Below the pieces are notes generated by a model. It searched no databases, was not told the origin of the DNA, and saw nothing but the letters and a program-made list of their open reading frames with translations. Shown here piece after piece: positions 8,658 through 18,345 of a DNA stretch of 64,000 nt (the stretch's first letter is position 1; the number at the start of each line of letters is the position of its first letter). This DNA comes from an uncultured bacterium (lineage in GTDB: Bacteria; Bacteroidota; Bacteroidia; J057; JADKCL01). Where the stretch lies: assembly GCA_963923035.1 (NCBI GenBank), contig CAWUKT010000025.1, positions 2,163 to 66,162 on the forward strand. The letters are read 5' to 3'. The translations under genes were made by a program, and so were the position numbers.

Positions 8658-10736
8658 ATGTTCAGGCTCATCTCCCTCCTGTCGCTCTTATTTTTGGCCG
8701 GGTCTTCCCTGCTCGCCCAACCTGTCTTCATCAACGAATACCATTACGACAATGTCGGTACCGATGCCGGAGAAGGCATTGAGGTGGCGGGACCGGCCGG
8801 AACGCCCCTGAACTGCTTCCAAATCCTGCTGTACAACGGCGCCAACGGACAGGTGTACAGTACCCTGACCTTGTCCGGGACCATCCCGGACCTCTGCAAC
8901 GGCTTTGGGTCGGTTTTCTTCACCGCTTCCCTCCAAAATGCCCAGACCAGCGGGGTCGGCAGCGGCGATGGATTCGCCCTGGTCTTCGATTCGACCGCCT
9001 GCCTGGGCTTCGGCGGCGACAGCGTCATCCAGTTCTTGAGCTACGAAGGCACCTTTACCGCCACCAATGGGGCGGCCGCCGGCATGACATCCACTGCCCT
9101 CACAGTGGATGAAGCAACACCGGTCCCCGTCGGGTCCTCGATTCAACTGACCGGGAACGGCAACGACTATACCGACTTCACCTGGACCACCGATACCAGC
9201 AGTTACAACGCCATCAACCCCAACCAGACCTTCAATGGTGCCTGCGGAGCCATCACCGCCTCGCAATTCACCTTTACCTCCACGCCCAATGGCTGCTTGC
9301 TCACCACGACCAACTTTCCGGTCTCGGTCTGCGCGACCAATGGCGGAGGCGCCATTGACGGGTCCTATTCAGGCTTTGTCAGCCTGAGCGTGGCCAGTGG
9401 CCCCGGGAACCTCGTCGGCACCAACATCGCCCCGCTCATCGGAGGCTGCGCCAATTTCACCAACCTTTCCTTTGATACGCCCGGCACCTACGTCCTCAAC
9501 GCCACCGATGGCTCTTTTTCCAACAACTCCGTCAATATCTACGTCAATACCCAATGCACCACCTGTCCGTCCCTGACCGGTTCGGTCATCGATGCCTGCG
9601 GAACGAACGAAGGGCGCAATGAAATCCTGTTTTTCAATTCGGGAGATTTTGCCATTCCCCTCTCCTACCCGGAATTCAACCTGACCTACGGCCAGTCGAG
9701 CCCGCCAAGCACGACCTATTCAAATGGCTTCACGTCCAACGCGACCTATATCAATACCTTAAACACGAATGCCGGCTGTACCATTTTCGTGGATGCCGCT
9801 TCAGTGGGCACCATTCCGCCGAACAGCTCCTTCATGCTGATGCGCTCCAATCCGGATTTTGCCTACAATTTCAGCGCCTGGTGCAGCCAAACCATTTATG
9901 TGGCGTTTGTGACGGATGCGAATTGGGTGGAAATCGGGAATTTTAAGAACTGCGTGGATTGTGGAGCGGCCCAGAACGGCAACTTGCCGCGCTTTTTCCG
10001 GACCGATTTTACCGGCCTCACCAATGGCCCGACCTGCCAATTCGATTATTCCTATACGCCCTGTACCGATCTGGTTTGCCCGGGAGGCGGAACCGGTAAT
10101 AGCAGCGGTGATGGCGTGCAGTGGGCCTATGGCGGCGGTGGCATCGATACGGCGTGGAACCAATGCACTCCGGACCTCCGTACCTTGCTGCCGGTGGAAT
10201 ATGAACTGCCGTTGCAAGGCTACCGGGAAGACGACCGGGTCCGCCTGAATTGGTCGACTGCGACGGAGGTACAATCCTCTCATTTTGTGGTGGAGCGGAA
10301 GGATGAATGGAGCAATGAATTTCAGGCCATCGGGGAACAAAATGCGATGGGCAATTCGGATGCAGCGACCTATTATAGTTTCTTCGACCATCTGCCTCCA
10401 GATGGCACCTTGTACTACCGGCTCCGCCAAGTCGACCTCAATGGAGATGTGACGTTCTCCCAGGTGCTGGCGCTGCGGCCCCACGCCGGGGCCCAGGCTC
10501 CACAGGTGCGCCACCTGGCCGACCAGCACCTGCTGGAAATTGGCTTTGCCGGCGCAACCTACGCCCAGGTCCGCCTGCTGGACCTCAACGGGCGGGTTTT
10601 GCAGATGTCGCCGCGGCTCGATGCCAGCCAACAGCCGCAAATAGCGCTGTCCACCGCCGGATTTGCATCCGGCTTGTACCTTTACGAGATTGTAACCGAT
10701 GCGGCCCGCTACGCGGGTAAATTCATGGTACAATAA
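8658..10736 (+). CDS. Secreted lamin-tail-domain (LTD)-like protein with T9SS C-terminal domain
   Basis: 692 aa. Signal peptide, then VFINEYHYDNVGTDAGEGIEVAG (LTD-like, as in ExeM/NucH-type N-termini). C-terminal Por_Secre_tail-like segment (GLYLYEIVTDA...). Confidence 0.8.
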   Translation: MFRLISLLSLLFLAGSSLLAQPVFINEYHYDNVGTDAGEGIEVAGPAGTPLNCFQILLYNGANGQVYSTLTLSGTIPDLCNGFGSVFFTASLQNAQTSGVGSGDGFALVFDSTACLGFGGDSVIQFLSYEGTFTATNGAAAGMTSTALTVDEATPVPVGSSIQLTGNGNDYTDFTWTTDTSSYNAINPNQTFNGACGAITASQFTFTSTPNGCLLTTTNFPVSVCATNGGGAIDGSYSGFVSLSVASGPGNLVGTNIAPLIGGCANFTNLSFDTPGTYVLNATDGSFSNNSVNIYVNTQCTTCPSLTGSVIDACGTNEGRNEILFFNSGDFAIPLSYPEFNLTYGQSSPPSTTYSNGFTSNATYINTLNTNAGCTIFVDAASVGTIPPNSSFMLMRSNPDFAYNFSAWCSQTIYVAFVTDANWVEIGNFKNCVDCGAAQNGNLPRFFRTDFTGLTNGPTCQFDYSYTPCTDLVCPGGGTGNSSGDGVQWAYGGGGIDTAWNQCTPDLRTLLPVEYELPLQGYREDDRVRLNWSTATEVQSSHFVVERKDEWSNEFQAIGEQNAMGNSDAATYYSFFDHLPPDGTLYYRLRQVDLNGDVTFSQVLALRPHAGAQAPQVRHLADQHLLEIGFAGATYAQVRLLDLNGRVLQMSPRLDASQQPQIALSTAGFASGLYLYEIVTDAARYAGKFMVQ

Positions 10737-12288
10737 AGTTCCCATCAAATTCGATCGTCTCCGTACACCTCTGTTTTGGATCCTGGCCGTGGCCATGGTC
10801 GGCTGGCGCTTTGTCCATTTCGGACCGCAGATCGACAGCCCCCACCAGTGGCGGCAATGCGATACAGCGAATTATATCTATGATTTTCATGAAAATGGCA
10901 TCGACCTGCTGTATCCAACGGTCTGTTGGATGGGCGGGTACAAGACGGTCATCCTGGAATTTCCCCTCCACGAGGCGGTCGCGGCGACCTTTTACAATGT
11001 CTTCGGAGCCGATCACCGCTGGGCCCGGCTGACCACCCTCCTGTTTTTCCTGGTGGCGGTGGTGTACCTCCACCGGTTCGTGGTCCTGATCAGCCACCAA
11101 CGGCTGGCGCAATGGGTGACCTTGGTTTATTTGGCATTGCCATTGGGGATTTTTTATTCGCGGGCGATTCACATTGATTTCGCGGCGGTAGCATTGGCCC
11201 ACGGCATGGCCTTTCACTACGCCCGCGGCTTCAAACACCGGAGATGGAAGGATTTTGCCATCGGGGCCTTGTTTGCCGGACTCGCCTTGATGACCAAGGC
11301 GCCTTATGCCTTTTTCCTTTTCCTCCCCCTTCTCCACCTCGCATCCCGGTACTACTCCCTCAAATTGCTGCTGCACCAGGCCCATTGGTTCATCCTTCCG
11401 CTGGTGGGTTTTGTCCTCTGGCAAATGCACGTCCGGGCCGTCAATGCGGCAGCTCCCGATTGGTACTTCATTCCGCATTACAGCAAGTTTGTTGACAAAT
11501 GGGGCTGGTACTTTGGGATTTGGGAAATGCGGGAGCTGACCTGGGTGTGGCGGGTCATTGCGGGGCGGGTCCTCTACGAGGTGGCAGCGGGTTGGTACGG
11601 ATTGGTTCCATTTGCCGCGTCCCTCCTCACCTTGGGATGGCGGAATCTGGCCGCCTGTACCTTTCGGTGGTGGTTGCTGGGGACCGGATTGTATGTCTTC
11701 ATTTTCTTCAACCTGAATTTCGTCCACAACTACTACCAAATCCCACTCATGGTCCCGGTGGCATTCTTCCTGGGGTACCTGTTGTATGAATTGGAAGGAC
11801 GATTGGACCGCTGGAAATGGGGTTGGGGAATGGTCATGGGAATGGTCTTGTGGGGGGCATTGGCGGGAAATGGAATACGGCTGACAGAAGGTATCGGATT
11901 GAACGGACCGGAAATGCAACATTTTGGTGATTATTACCGGACCAACCCCTTTATGGTCGCGGCCGGGGAAGTCATTCAAAAGCAGACTGAACGGCAAGAT
12001 TTGGTCATTGTGAGCTATGGAGGCCTGGATTGCCGGGCTCCGCACCTGCTGTACCGGTCCAGACGTCACGGCTGGAGCATTGAAGATCACGCCCTCACCC
12101 CGGCCCTATTGGATCAATTGCGGGCGGAAGGTGCCACCCACCTCGCCTGGTTTTTTATCCACACTCCCTCGAGGGCCCTGACAGATTATCTCCGCCCATT
12201 CCCATTTTCCGAACACCACTTCTCAGCGGGTGATCCTCCACTTTTCATTTATTCCTTTACGTCCCCCTCCCCCAAAAAGCTCAACTAA
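10699..12288 (+). CDS. Polytopic membrane glycosyltransferase, GT39/ArnT(PMT_2)-like
   Basis: 529 aa with many TM helices. The segment HQWRQCDTANYIYDFHENGIDLLYPTVCWMG...EFPLHEAV resembles the ArnT/PMT_2 family. The start is uncertain: the ORF overlaps the upstream gene by 38 nt and an internal Met lies at 10795. Confidence 0.7.
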   Translation: MRPATRVNSWYNKVPIKFDRLRTPLFWILAVAMVGWRFVHFGPQIDSPHQWRQCDTANYIYDFHENGIDLLYPTVCWMGGYKTVILEFPLHEAVAATFYNVFGADHRWARLTTLLFFLVAVVYLHRFVVLISHQRLAQWVTLVYLALPLGIFYSRAIHIDFAAVALAHGMAFHYARGFKHRRWKDFAIGALFAGLALMTKAPYAFFLFLPLLHLASRYYSLKLLLHQAHWFILPLVGFVLWQMHVRAVNAAAPDWYFIPHYSKFVDKWGWYFGIWEMRELTWVWRVIAGRVLYEVAAGWYGLVPFAASLLTLGWRNLAACTFRWWLLGTGLYVFIFFNLNFVHNYYQIPLMVPVAFFLGYLLYELEGRLDRWKWGWGMVMGMVLWGALAGNGIRLTEGIGLNGPEMQHFGDYYRTNPFMVAAGEVIQKQTERQDLVIVSYGGLDCRAPHLLYRSRRHGWSIEDHALTPALLDQLRAEGATHLAWFFIHTPSRALTDYLRPFPFSEHHFSAGDPPLFIYSFTSPSPKKLN

Positions 12289-12499
12289 ACTGTCCTTTTT
12301 ATTCTACTTTCTGTCCACGTGTTGATATTTTTTGTAAACTTGAGTAAGGATCATTGGGAATGAGCTTCGAATCTCATGCTTTCGACCAAATTTGTCTTTT
12401 TCAGCAGGTTGTCTCCCATTTGAATTTGAAACGCTTTGCACCAAGTACCTAGTGACATCATTGGTTTTTTTGTTTTTTGTTGAATTTGCTGTACTAAAA

Positions 12500-12838
12500 A
12501 TGAGAGTTAAATATTTATTGCCAAGTCTTGCCCTTGTATTGCTGCTGAGCTTTGCAGGAAAGACTGTCCACGCCCAACACCATTTAGGTGGAATCAAGAA
12601 GGTCGAGGAAGCGGACCATTTGGTGACCTATGACATCCGCGTCGAGCGGATGGACGGTGCCAGTGAAGCCCGCCGCCTTGAAAATGGCTTGCTGGAGAAG
12701 CAGGGCATTGTCCAGGCCGATGCAGACGCCCAGCAACGGGTGGTGCGTGTCGTGGTAAAGCCCATCATCGACCCCAAGATCTTGGAATCCATCGTGGATT
12801 ACCACGGCTTTGTGGTGTCCAAATCCTTTGATGAATAA
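12500..12838 (+). CDS. Small secreted protein, HMA/ferredoxin-like fold without metal Cys (hypothetical)
   Basis: I chose the internal ATG at 12500 because it gives a signal peptide (MRVKYLLPSLALVLLLSFAGKTVHAQ). No recognisable motif. It lies 17 nt upstream of the next gene. Confidence 0.55.
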   Translation: MRVKYLLPSLALVLLLSFAGKTVHAQHHLGGIKKVEEADHLVTYDIRVERMDGASEARRLENGLLEKQGIVQADADAQQRVVRVVVKPIIDPKILESIVDYHGFVVSKSFDE

Positions 12839-12855
12839 CCGTGGAGGATGGAATT

Positions 12856-14919
12856 ATGAAAAAAGCATTACTCTTCAGCATTTCCCTTGCCTTCACGTTG
12901 TTTCTGGCGCTCCCCACCTCGGTTCAGGCCCAGTGCAATTCCAGCGGAGGCAACTCCCTCGGTGCGATCAATCCAACCGGTATCCCACAAACCACCGGTT
13001 GCGTCACCGGAGGTGACTATTTTACCTTCACCGGCGTCCCGGGTCAGATCTATACCTTTTCCTTCTGCAATGGGGGTGGAACAGCGACATTCGATACCCA
13101 GATCACCATCACCGACAACTCGGGGACTCCCGTCACCGGTGGCTACAACGATGACAATTGCGGATTGCAATCCGAAGTCTCGTGGGTATGCTCCGCAGCG
13201 GGCACCTACCGGGTCTATATCACCAATTATAACTGTGTCACCGGAACCACCTGTGGAACCCTGGCCTATGCTTCCGCGAGTCCGCCCGCGGGTGGCTACT
13301 GCACCACAGCAGTTCCCGTTCCCTCCATGCCGTTCAACCTGACCGGCCAGACGACCTGTGGCAAGCTGGACATCTTCTCCAGTGCGAATACCTGTGGAAG
13401 CGTCTACATGAACGGCGAGGACATGGTATTCGAGTACACCTCCGCGGGAAGTGAGACCATCGACATTGCCCTGGCCAATACTGGTACCTTTGTTGGCGTC
13501 TTTGTCACCCTGGGCTGCCCGGACGACGCGAGCTCGGTGTGTATTCCTCCTTCCGGCTCCGCGGGAGCCTGTGGATCGGGCGGGGCGGCCAGCAATACCT
13601 CAAGCACAGGCAACCCCTCCGCGACCTTTACCTTGGGAGCGGCAGGCACCTATTACATCACCGTATCGACCTTCCCCGCGCCTCAATGCACTCCATTTGA
13701 CATCAGCATCACTCCCAGCAGCGCTACCGGAACCTTACCGGGCCTTGGCTGCTATACCACGAGTAGCATCACCTATTCGCCCGATCCCTACAACTCCGGC
13801 ACGATTCTGGCCTTCCCCGACGATGAATTTTCCAATATTGTCCCGATTGGCTTCAACTTTTGCTTCATGGGCAATGAGTACAGCAATATGGTTGTGTCAT
13901 CCAATGGCTACGTCACATTTGAGACCGTTTGCGCCGGCGAATATTCGACCTATGTCACGGAGGCTATTCCTACCACGAATGACGACGTGCTGAACAGCAT
14001 CCTGGGATTCTGGCAGGACATCGACCCAAATGTGGGCGGAAACATCCGTCTCGCGACCTTGGGAACCGCTCCGAACCGAAGGGCCGTGGTGAATTACGAA
14101 TCTATCCCCTTGTTTTCGGCAGCTTGTAATTCCATGTTGTTCACGGGCCAGATCGTGATGTACGAAACGACGAATATCATTGAGGTCAATATTCAGAACA
14201 AGCCCATCTGTACGAGCTGGGAAAATGGTGAAGCGGTTCAGGGCCTGAACGATGCCACCGGGACAGTAGCTGTGGTCTTCCCCGGCCGCAACGATACCCA
14301 GTGGATCGTGAACAATGATGCCGTGCGGTTCACCCCGACCTGTGATGTCTGCAATACCATTTTACCGGTCAGCTACCTCACTTTCTCCGGACAAGCCACT
14401 GAACAAGGCAACCTGATTCAATGGGACACCCATATTGAGAATGGCGTGCAGGAATTTGTGTTGGAGCAAAGTGCCGACGGCCAGACGTTCCGGACGATTG
14501 ATTCCCGCTCGGCTGTGGGCTCGGCAACTGAAGGCGCCGCCTACGAAGTGCTCGACCGGAATCCCCTGCGTCCGATCACCTACTACCGCCTCCGCGAAAT
14601 CAATTCCGACGGCGCGGTGAGCTATTCGGAAGTCATTTCGGTACAGCCCGATGCCGCCCTGGACCCCGTCCGCAATATCTACGTGGACAATATCTACGGC
14701 CAATTGGTCGTCGATTTGGACATGGTCAATGCAGGGGAAATTCAGTTTGACATCATGGATGGAATGGGCAAGGTCGTCTTCCGCGCGGATCAATACGTGG
14801 TGGCAGGCGCGCAAACCCTCCGGTTTGATGTTTCTCAACTTGCCAATGGATACTATATCCTTCGGACGTCTGATGCCACCCGGATGCTGGACGCCCGCAA
14901 GTTTGTCATTGCGAAATAA
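12856..14919 (+). CDS. Secreted NIDO-like-domain protein with T9SS C-terminal domain
   Basis: Start at MKKALLFSISLAF...AQ (signal peptide). The central module DDEFSNIVPIGFNFCFMGNEYSNMVVSSNGYVTFE...FWQDIDP is nidogen-like. C-terminal sorting tail (GYYILRTSD...KFVIAK). Confidence 0.85.
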   Translation: MKKALLFSISLAFTLFLALPTSVQAQCNSSGGNSLGAINPTGIPQTTGCVTGGDYFTFTGVPGQIYTFSFCNGGGTATFDTQITITDNSGTPVTGGYNDDNCGLQSEVSWVCSAAGTYRVYITNYNCVTGTTCGTLAYASASPPAGGYCTTAVPVPSMPFNLTGQTTCGKLDIFSSANTCGSVYMNGEDMVFEYTSAGSETIDIALANTGTFVGVFVTLGCPDDASSVCIPPSGSAGACGSGGAASNTSSTGNPSATFTLGAAGTYYITVSTFPAPQCTPFDISITPSSATGTLPGLGCYTTSSITYSPDPYNSGTILAFPDDEFSNIVPIGFNFCFMGNEYSNMVVSSNGYVTFETVCAGEYSTYVTEAIPTTNDDVLNSILGFWQDIDPNVGGNIRLATLGTAPNRRAVVNYESIPLFSAACNSMLFTGQIVMYETTNIIEVNIQNKPICTSWENGEAVQGLNDATGTVAVVFPGRNDTQWIVNNDAVRFTPTCDVCNTILPVSYLTFSGQATEQGNLIQWDTHIENGVQEFVLEQSADGQTFRTIDSRSAVGSATEGAAYEVLDRNPLRPITYYRLREINSDGAVSYSEVISVQPDAALDPVRNIYVDNIYGQLVVDLDMVNAGEIQFDIMDGMGKVVFRADQYVVAGAQTLRFDVSQLANGYYILRTSDATRMLDARKFVIAK

Positions 14920-14940
14920 GCTCAAAAAAACCGATACCAG

Positions 14941-14979
14941 CGAGGGCGGTTGCTTCGGCAATCGCCCTCGTGCTATTTT
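14941..14979 (+). terminator. Intrinsic terminator after the 12856-14919 gene
   Basis: 13-bp stem CGAGGGCGGTTGC / GCAATCGCCCTCG (one G-T), loop TTCG, followed by TGCTATTTTG. Confidence 0.65.
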
Positions 14980-15063
14980 GCCCGCCCAATTTTATTTCTC
15001 GTTCCCCTCCCCTTGCCAAATCAATTCACTGTGTTTACGGGTCTGTTTCAAAGATCGCTTGGC

Positions 15064-15147
15064 GCGTCCAGCGTCGAGGTGGGCGCGTCCAGCGCCGAGG
15101 CGGAATCGTCCAGCGTCGAGCTGGGCCCGCCCAGCCATTGGGCGGAG
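15064..15147. repeat. Tandem 21-bp repeat, 4 units (GCGTCCAGCGTCGAGGTGGGC consensus)
   Basis: Units start at 15064, 15085, 15106 and 15127. Unit 1 vs 2 matches at 17/21, and 1 vs 3 at 19/21. Unit 4 is degenerate. Confidence 0.75.
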
Positions 15148-15437
15148 GGGGCCTAAAGGTCCGCTGGACACCCCCGACCTATCCATAGGGCTCGCCCGGT
15201 GGACAGGCGAACGCGCCCTCCGCTGAGCTGGGCTACCCCGGTTCCGCTTTAGGGGTCCCCCAGCGCTTCGCCGGGCGGTCCTAACCCATCCCCCAGCCGA
15301 GCCCAGCGCATTGGCGAGCCCACTGACCTGGCCCCTGGACCAACGGACCTCTGCGTTGGCCTCGCCCCCCGAAGGTCTGAACGCGCTCACTCCCTCGGTC
15401 CAATTGCCTAGTCGGGCAGTAACACGAACCCACTCCT

Positions 15438-15479
15438 GCAAAAGACAAGGAGAGCATGACCACAGCCGTGCTCTCCTTG
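15438..15479 (-). terminator. Intrinsic terminator after the 15511-17688 gene
   Basis: Perfect 11-bp stem CAAGGAGAGCA / TGCTCTCCTTG (15446-15456 / 15469-15479). On the minus strand it is followed by TCTTTTG. Confidence 0.65.
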
Positions 15480-15510
15480 CTCTTGAAGTGATGCGCTCCT
15501 GAAGCGCGAA

Positions 15511-17688
15511 TCAGTTGCTGACGCTTCCGCGGATGCTGTTGGAGAGGTAATACCCGTCCAAAATTCCGATCAGGGGATTGTTGAAGCGGCGGACCGCATT
15601 TCCGGGCTGACCGGCCTGGGGAAGAATGGAGGGCGGAGGATCGGGGAAATTTTGGTTGAAAATGCTTCCCAGGAAGGGAACCGAAACGTCGATGTTCACG
15701 AAGATGACACCGGTATCGCCGGGCATGCCGTAGTCGCCGCCGTCGCCGCCTTGGGCATTCGGAGTCACAGTAATGGTCACCCCGGAGATGTCAATCGCAA
15801 ACGGCACATTCAGGATGCCACCGGGACCGCCCGTGGCGGTCGGTCCTGTTCCTGCATTTCCACCCGCCTCATAAAAGAGGGGCAACGCCGAGGTTCCCCC
15901 CAGGCCAGCACCGGCGCCACCGCCACCGCCAGCTCCGAAGTTGATCGTACCGAGCACCGGAATGCTGACGATTTCCAGGGCCACCGAGGCGCCACCGCCA
16001 CCACCACCGTAGATGTTGCCATCCAGGTTGTCGATATTGGTGCGGGTCGTCAGGTGAATCGCGTCTCCCCCATCGTCGCCAGGATCACCAAAGGTCGTGA
16101 AGCTACCTCCGGATCCGCCATCGCCTCCGCGGGCCAGGATACTGCCCCGGTTGCGGATGCCCACCTGAGAGTTGGCCGCCAGGTTGCCCGTCGTCAGCGC
16201 CGGAGCGGTCGTCGACGAAGCCGTCACCTGGATGCCCTGGGGCACTTCCAGCACCACACAAATGGGAATATTGGTGGGAAGGTTGTTCGCCGCCTGAAGG
16301 TCGTAGTCCTGTTGCGGCGTATTCAAGGTCACTTCGAAGCAGGAATCGATGGTCACCTCAAAGATTTGAATCTTGATCCGGTCCCCACAGACGGCCTGTA
16401 CCGCAATGGGATAGGTCCCCGGCTCGGCAAAGACATCGGCCTCCACCGTCAGGCGACTGGTTCCCGATGCAAAGACGGAATAATTGCTCAGGGTAGCCGT
16501 GGCTCCCGCGGGCAGGTTGTGCAGCAGGAACATGGCAATGCCCTGGGGATTACCGGTCGTTTGGTTCAGGGTGATATTGGTGCCCGCCGTATCGATGGTT
16601 GTACGGTTGATGATGCCGGCGGTATCGGAAATCGAGATGTCGAAGACACAGTCGTCACAGCTTTCCTGAAATACGGCCAGCCAGCACTCGCCATTGAAGT
16701 ATTGGAGCAGGCTGTCGGTGACATTGTAAATGACCAGTCCGTCGGCGGCGTTGAGGATCGCGTCGCGCTGTTGGGTGGTCATGCGAGGGGGCAGGAAGCC
16801 CTTTTCCGTGGAATTCAATTCCAGGATGGCGCTGGGATCGACGGTGGTCGTCCCAATGCCCACGGAGCCGGTGTCCCGGACGGCATCACTGCCGATCAGG
16901 GTCCACACAATGTTGTTAATGGTGTCTCCGATGATAGAAATGCCATTTCCGGCCGTGAGGACCATGCCCGAGCTGTCCGGCGCGGGGATCCACTGGCCAA
17001 TGCCAGCGTCGTACTTGAGGACGTCACCGGCCTGGGGAGCCGAACCAGAAACCGGGGTCCCCTGGATGCCCACCACAGTGAGGCTGTCGATCCCGACGGC
17101 GTCGCCGGTGTGGGGAATCGTCGAAAAGACGGTTCCCGTCAATGTCATGCCCGCGCCAGCGGTATAGGTCGTATTGGTATCGTTGGATAGGGTCCATTGG
17201 GTGCCATCCCAGCGGATGATCTGACCCGGCAAAACGCCCACGGTATTGACATCGATCAGATCGTTGAGGCTCAAGTCCACACTACCGGCTTTGTCGGCGT
17301 AGAGGGCGAAGGGAGCGGACAGCAATTCGGAGGTGCCCATCAGGAAATAAGAGGTTCCGCCATTGGGGTCCATTTCGACTTGCAGCCATTGGTCCGTATC
17401 CTCCCAAACAATCCCGGCAAAGGTGCCGGTTACAGCGATGCCCCGGCCCACCTGGATCGTGAACAGTCCGAATTGGTTGGTCGTGACTGTATGGGTCTCG
17501 GTATACTCCACCGGGCCGAATGGACCACCTTTCTTGATGGTGAAGCGCAGGCCGATGGCTTGGTTGACCAAGGCTTGCCCGTTGATGTCCCGGGCGATGG
17601 CCTGGTAGTTCAGGGCATCGGGGGCTTGGGCAAAGGTCATGGAACTGGTCAAGAGCAAGCCGACCAGCAGGGTCCAGAAGTATTTCAT
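15511..17688 (-). CDS. Secreted tail-fibre-like protein with C-terminal glycine-rich region (no T9SS CTD)
   Basis: 725 aa. Signal peptide, then an N-terminal LNYQAIARD...RFTIKKG...TNQFGLFTIQVG module and ELNSTEKGFLPPRMTTQQRDAI...GLVIYN, both typical of Bacteroidota tail-fibre-domain proteins. C-terminal GGDGGSGG / GGGGGAS / GAGGGGGAGAG runs. Confidence 0.85.
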   Translation of the reverse strand: MKYFWTLLVGLLLTSSMTFAQAPDALNYQAIARDINGQALVNQAIGLRFTIKKGGPFGPVEYTETHTVTTNQFGLFTIQVGRGIAVTGTFAGIVWEDTDQWLQVEMDPNGGTSYFLMGTSELLSAPFALYADKAGSVDLSLNDLIDVNTVGVLPGQIIRWDGTQWTLSNDTNTTYTAGAGMTLTGTVFSTIPHTGDAVGIDSLTVVGIQGTPVSGSAPQAGDVLKYDAGIGQWIPAPDSSGMVLTAGNGISIIGDTINNIVWTLIGSDAVRDTGSVGIGTTTVDPSAILELNSTEKGFLPPRMTTQQRDAILNAADGLVIYNVTDSLLQYFNGECWLAVFQESCDDCVFDISISDTAGIINRTTIDTAGTNITLNQTTGNPQGIAMFLLHNLPAGATATLSNYSVFASGTSRLTVEADVFAEPGTYPIAVQAVCGDRIKIQIFEVTIDSCFEVTLNTPQQDYDLQAANNLPTNIPICVVLEVPQGIQVTASSTTAPALTTGNLAANSQVGIRNRGSILARGGDGGSGGSFTTFGDPGDDGGDAIHLTTRTNIDNLDGNIYGGGGGGASVALEIVSIPVLGTINFGAGGGGGAGAGLGGTSALPLFYEAGGNAGTGPTATGGPGGILNVPFAIDISGVTITVTPNAQGGDGGDYGMPGDTGVIFVNIDVSVPFLGSIFNQNFPDPPPSILPQAGQPGNAVRRFNNPLIGILDGYYLSNSIRGSVSN

Positions 17689-17690
17689 TG

Positions 17691-18221
17691 TCAGTACTTA
17701 ATCACGTTTATCTTATGGTAGCTCACATGCTCGGCACCCCGCTTGGGCGACTCGTAGACCACCCGGAGCATGTACATTCCCTGCGCCAATCCTTCCAATT
17801 GGAGCTGGTCTTCCCGCAGTCCACCGGTATACCGGGTTTCCTGAACCGGCAATACTGCCACGCCATTGAGGTTGATCATTTGGAGGCTCAGTTCGCCGGG
17901 GTAGCGCAACTGGTAACGGATGTTCAGGTGGTCGCTGGCGGGGTTAGGGAAAATCACAAACTCTTCCATGATCTCAGCCGCATCGGCCACGTTGATGGCG
18001 GTGACTTCCGGCTGTTGAAAACCTTGGGTCAGGAAATGTTGATTCGCGAAAAAGGTTTCCACCATCGACATTTCCCCTACCGTAAAGGAAAGGGAAGCCC
18101 CCGCGGCGGAGTTCTCGAAGTAGTCACCAGCGGACGCGTATACAAATGGTGTCACCGACTGGGCGGAAACAAACCAAAAGCATCCAAGGGCCCCAAGAAA
18201 TAATCCTAAATGTTTGATCAT
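17691..18221 (-). CDS. Small secreted protein consisting of a short N-domain plus T9SS C-terminal domain
   Basis: 176 aa. Signal peptide, an SFTVGEMSMVE...LTQGFQQP motif, then FPNPASDHLNIRY...GMYMLRVVY sorting tail. It ends 2 nt before the downstream gene start. Confidence 0.8.
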   Translation of the reverse strand: MIKHLGLFLGALGCFWFVSAQSVTPFVYASAGDYFENSAAGASLSFTVGEMSMVETFFANQHFLTQGFQQPEVTAINVADAAEIMEEFVIFPNPASDHLNIRYQLRYPGELSLQMINLNGVAVLPVQETRYTGGLREDQLQLEGLAQGMYMLRVVYESPKRGAEHVSYHKINVIKY

Positions 18222-18345
18222 GGGATAAGCATCTCTGTTTCTGCAATTTGGAGAAAGTCAGAGACAAAGTCAAAGCAAGTCATCCACCGGCTGTCCTCAT
18301 TTCAAGGCTTTCCAGATCGTTCCAATGGGGGATTTCTACCGCGCT

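Noticed and set aside
14992-15441. 149-aa minus-strand ORF and overlapping plus-strand ORFs in the GC-rich orphan segment
   Set aside because: The translations are low-complexity R/G/A/P/S strings, several frames are open at once (a GC-richness artefact), and the segment is bracketed by terminators of the flanking genes.
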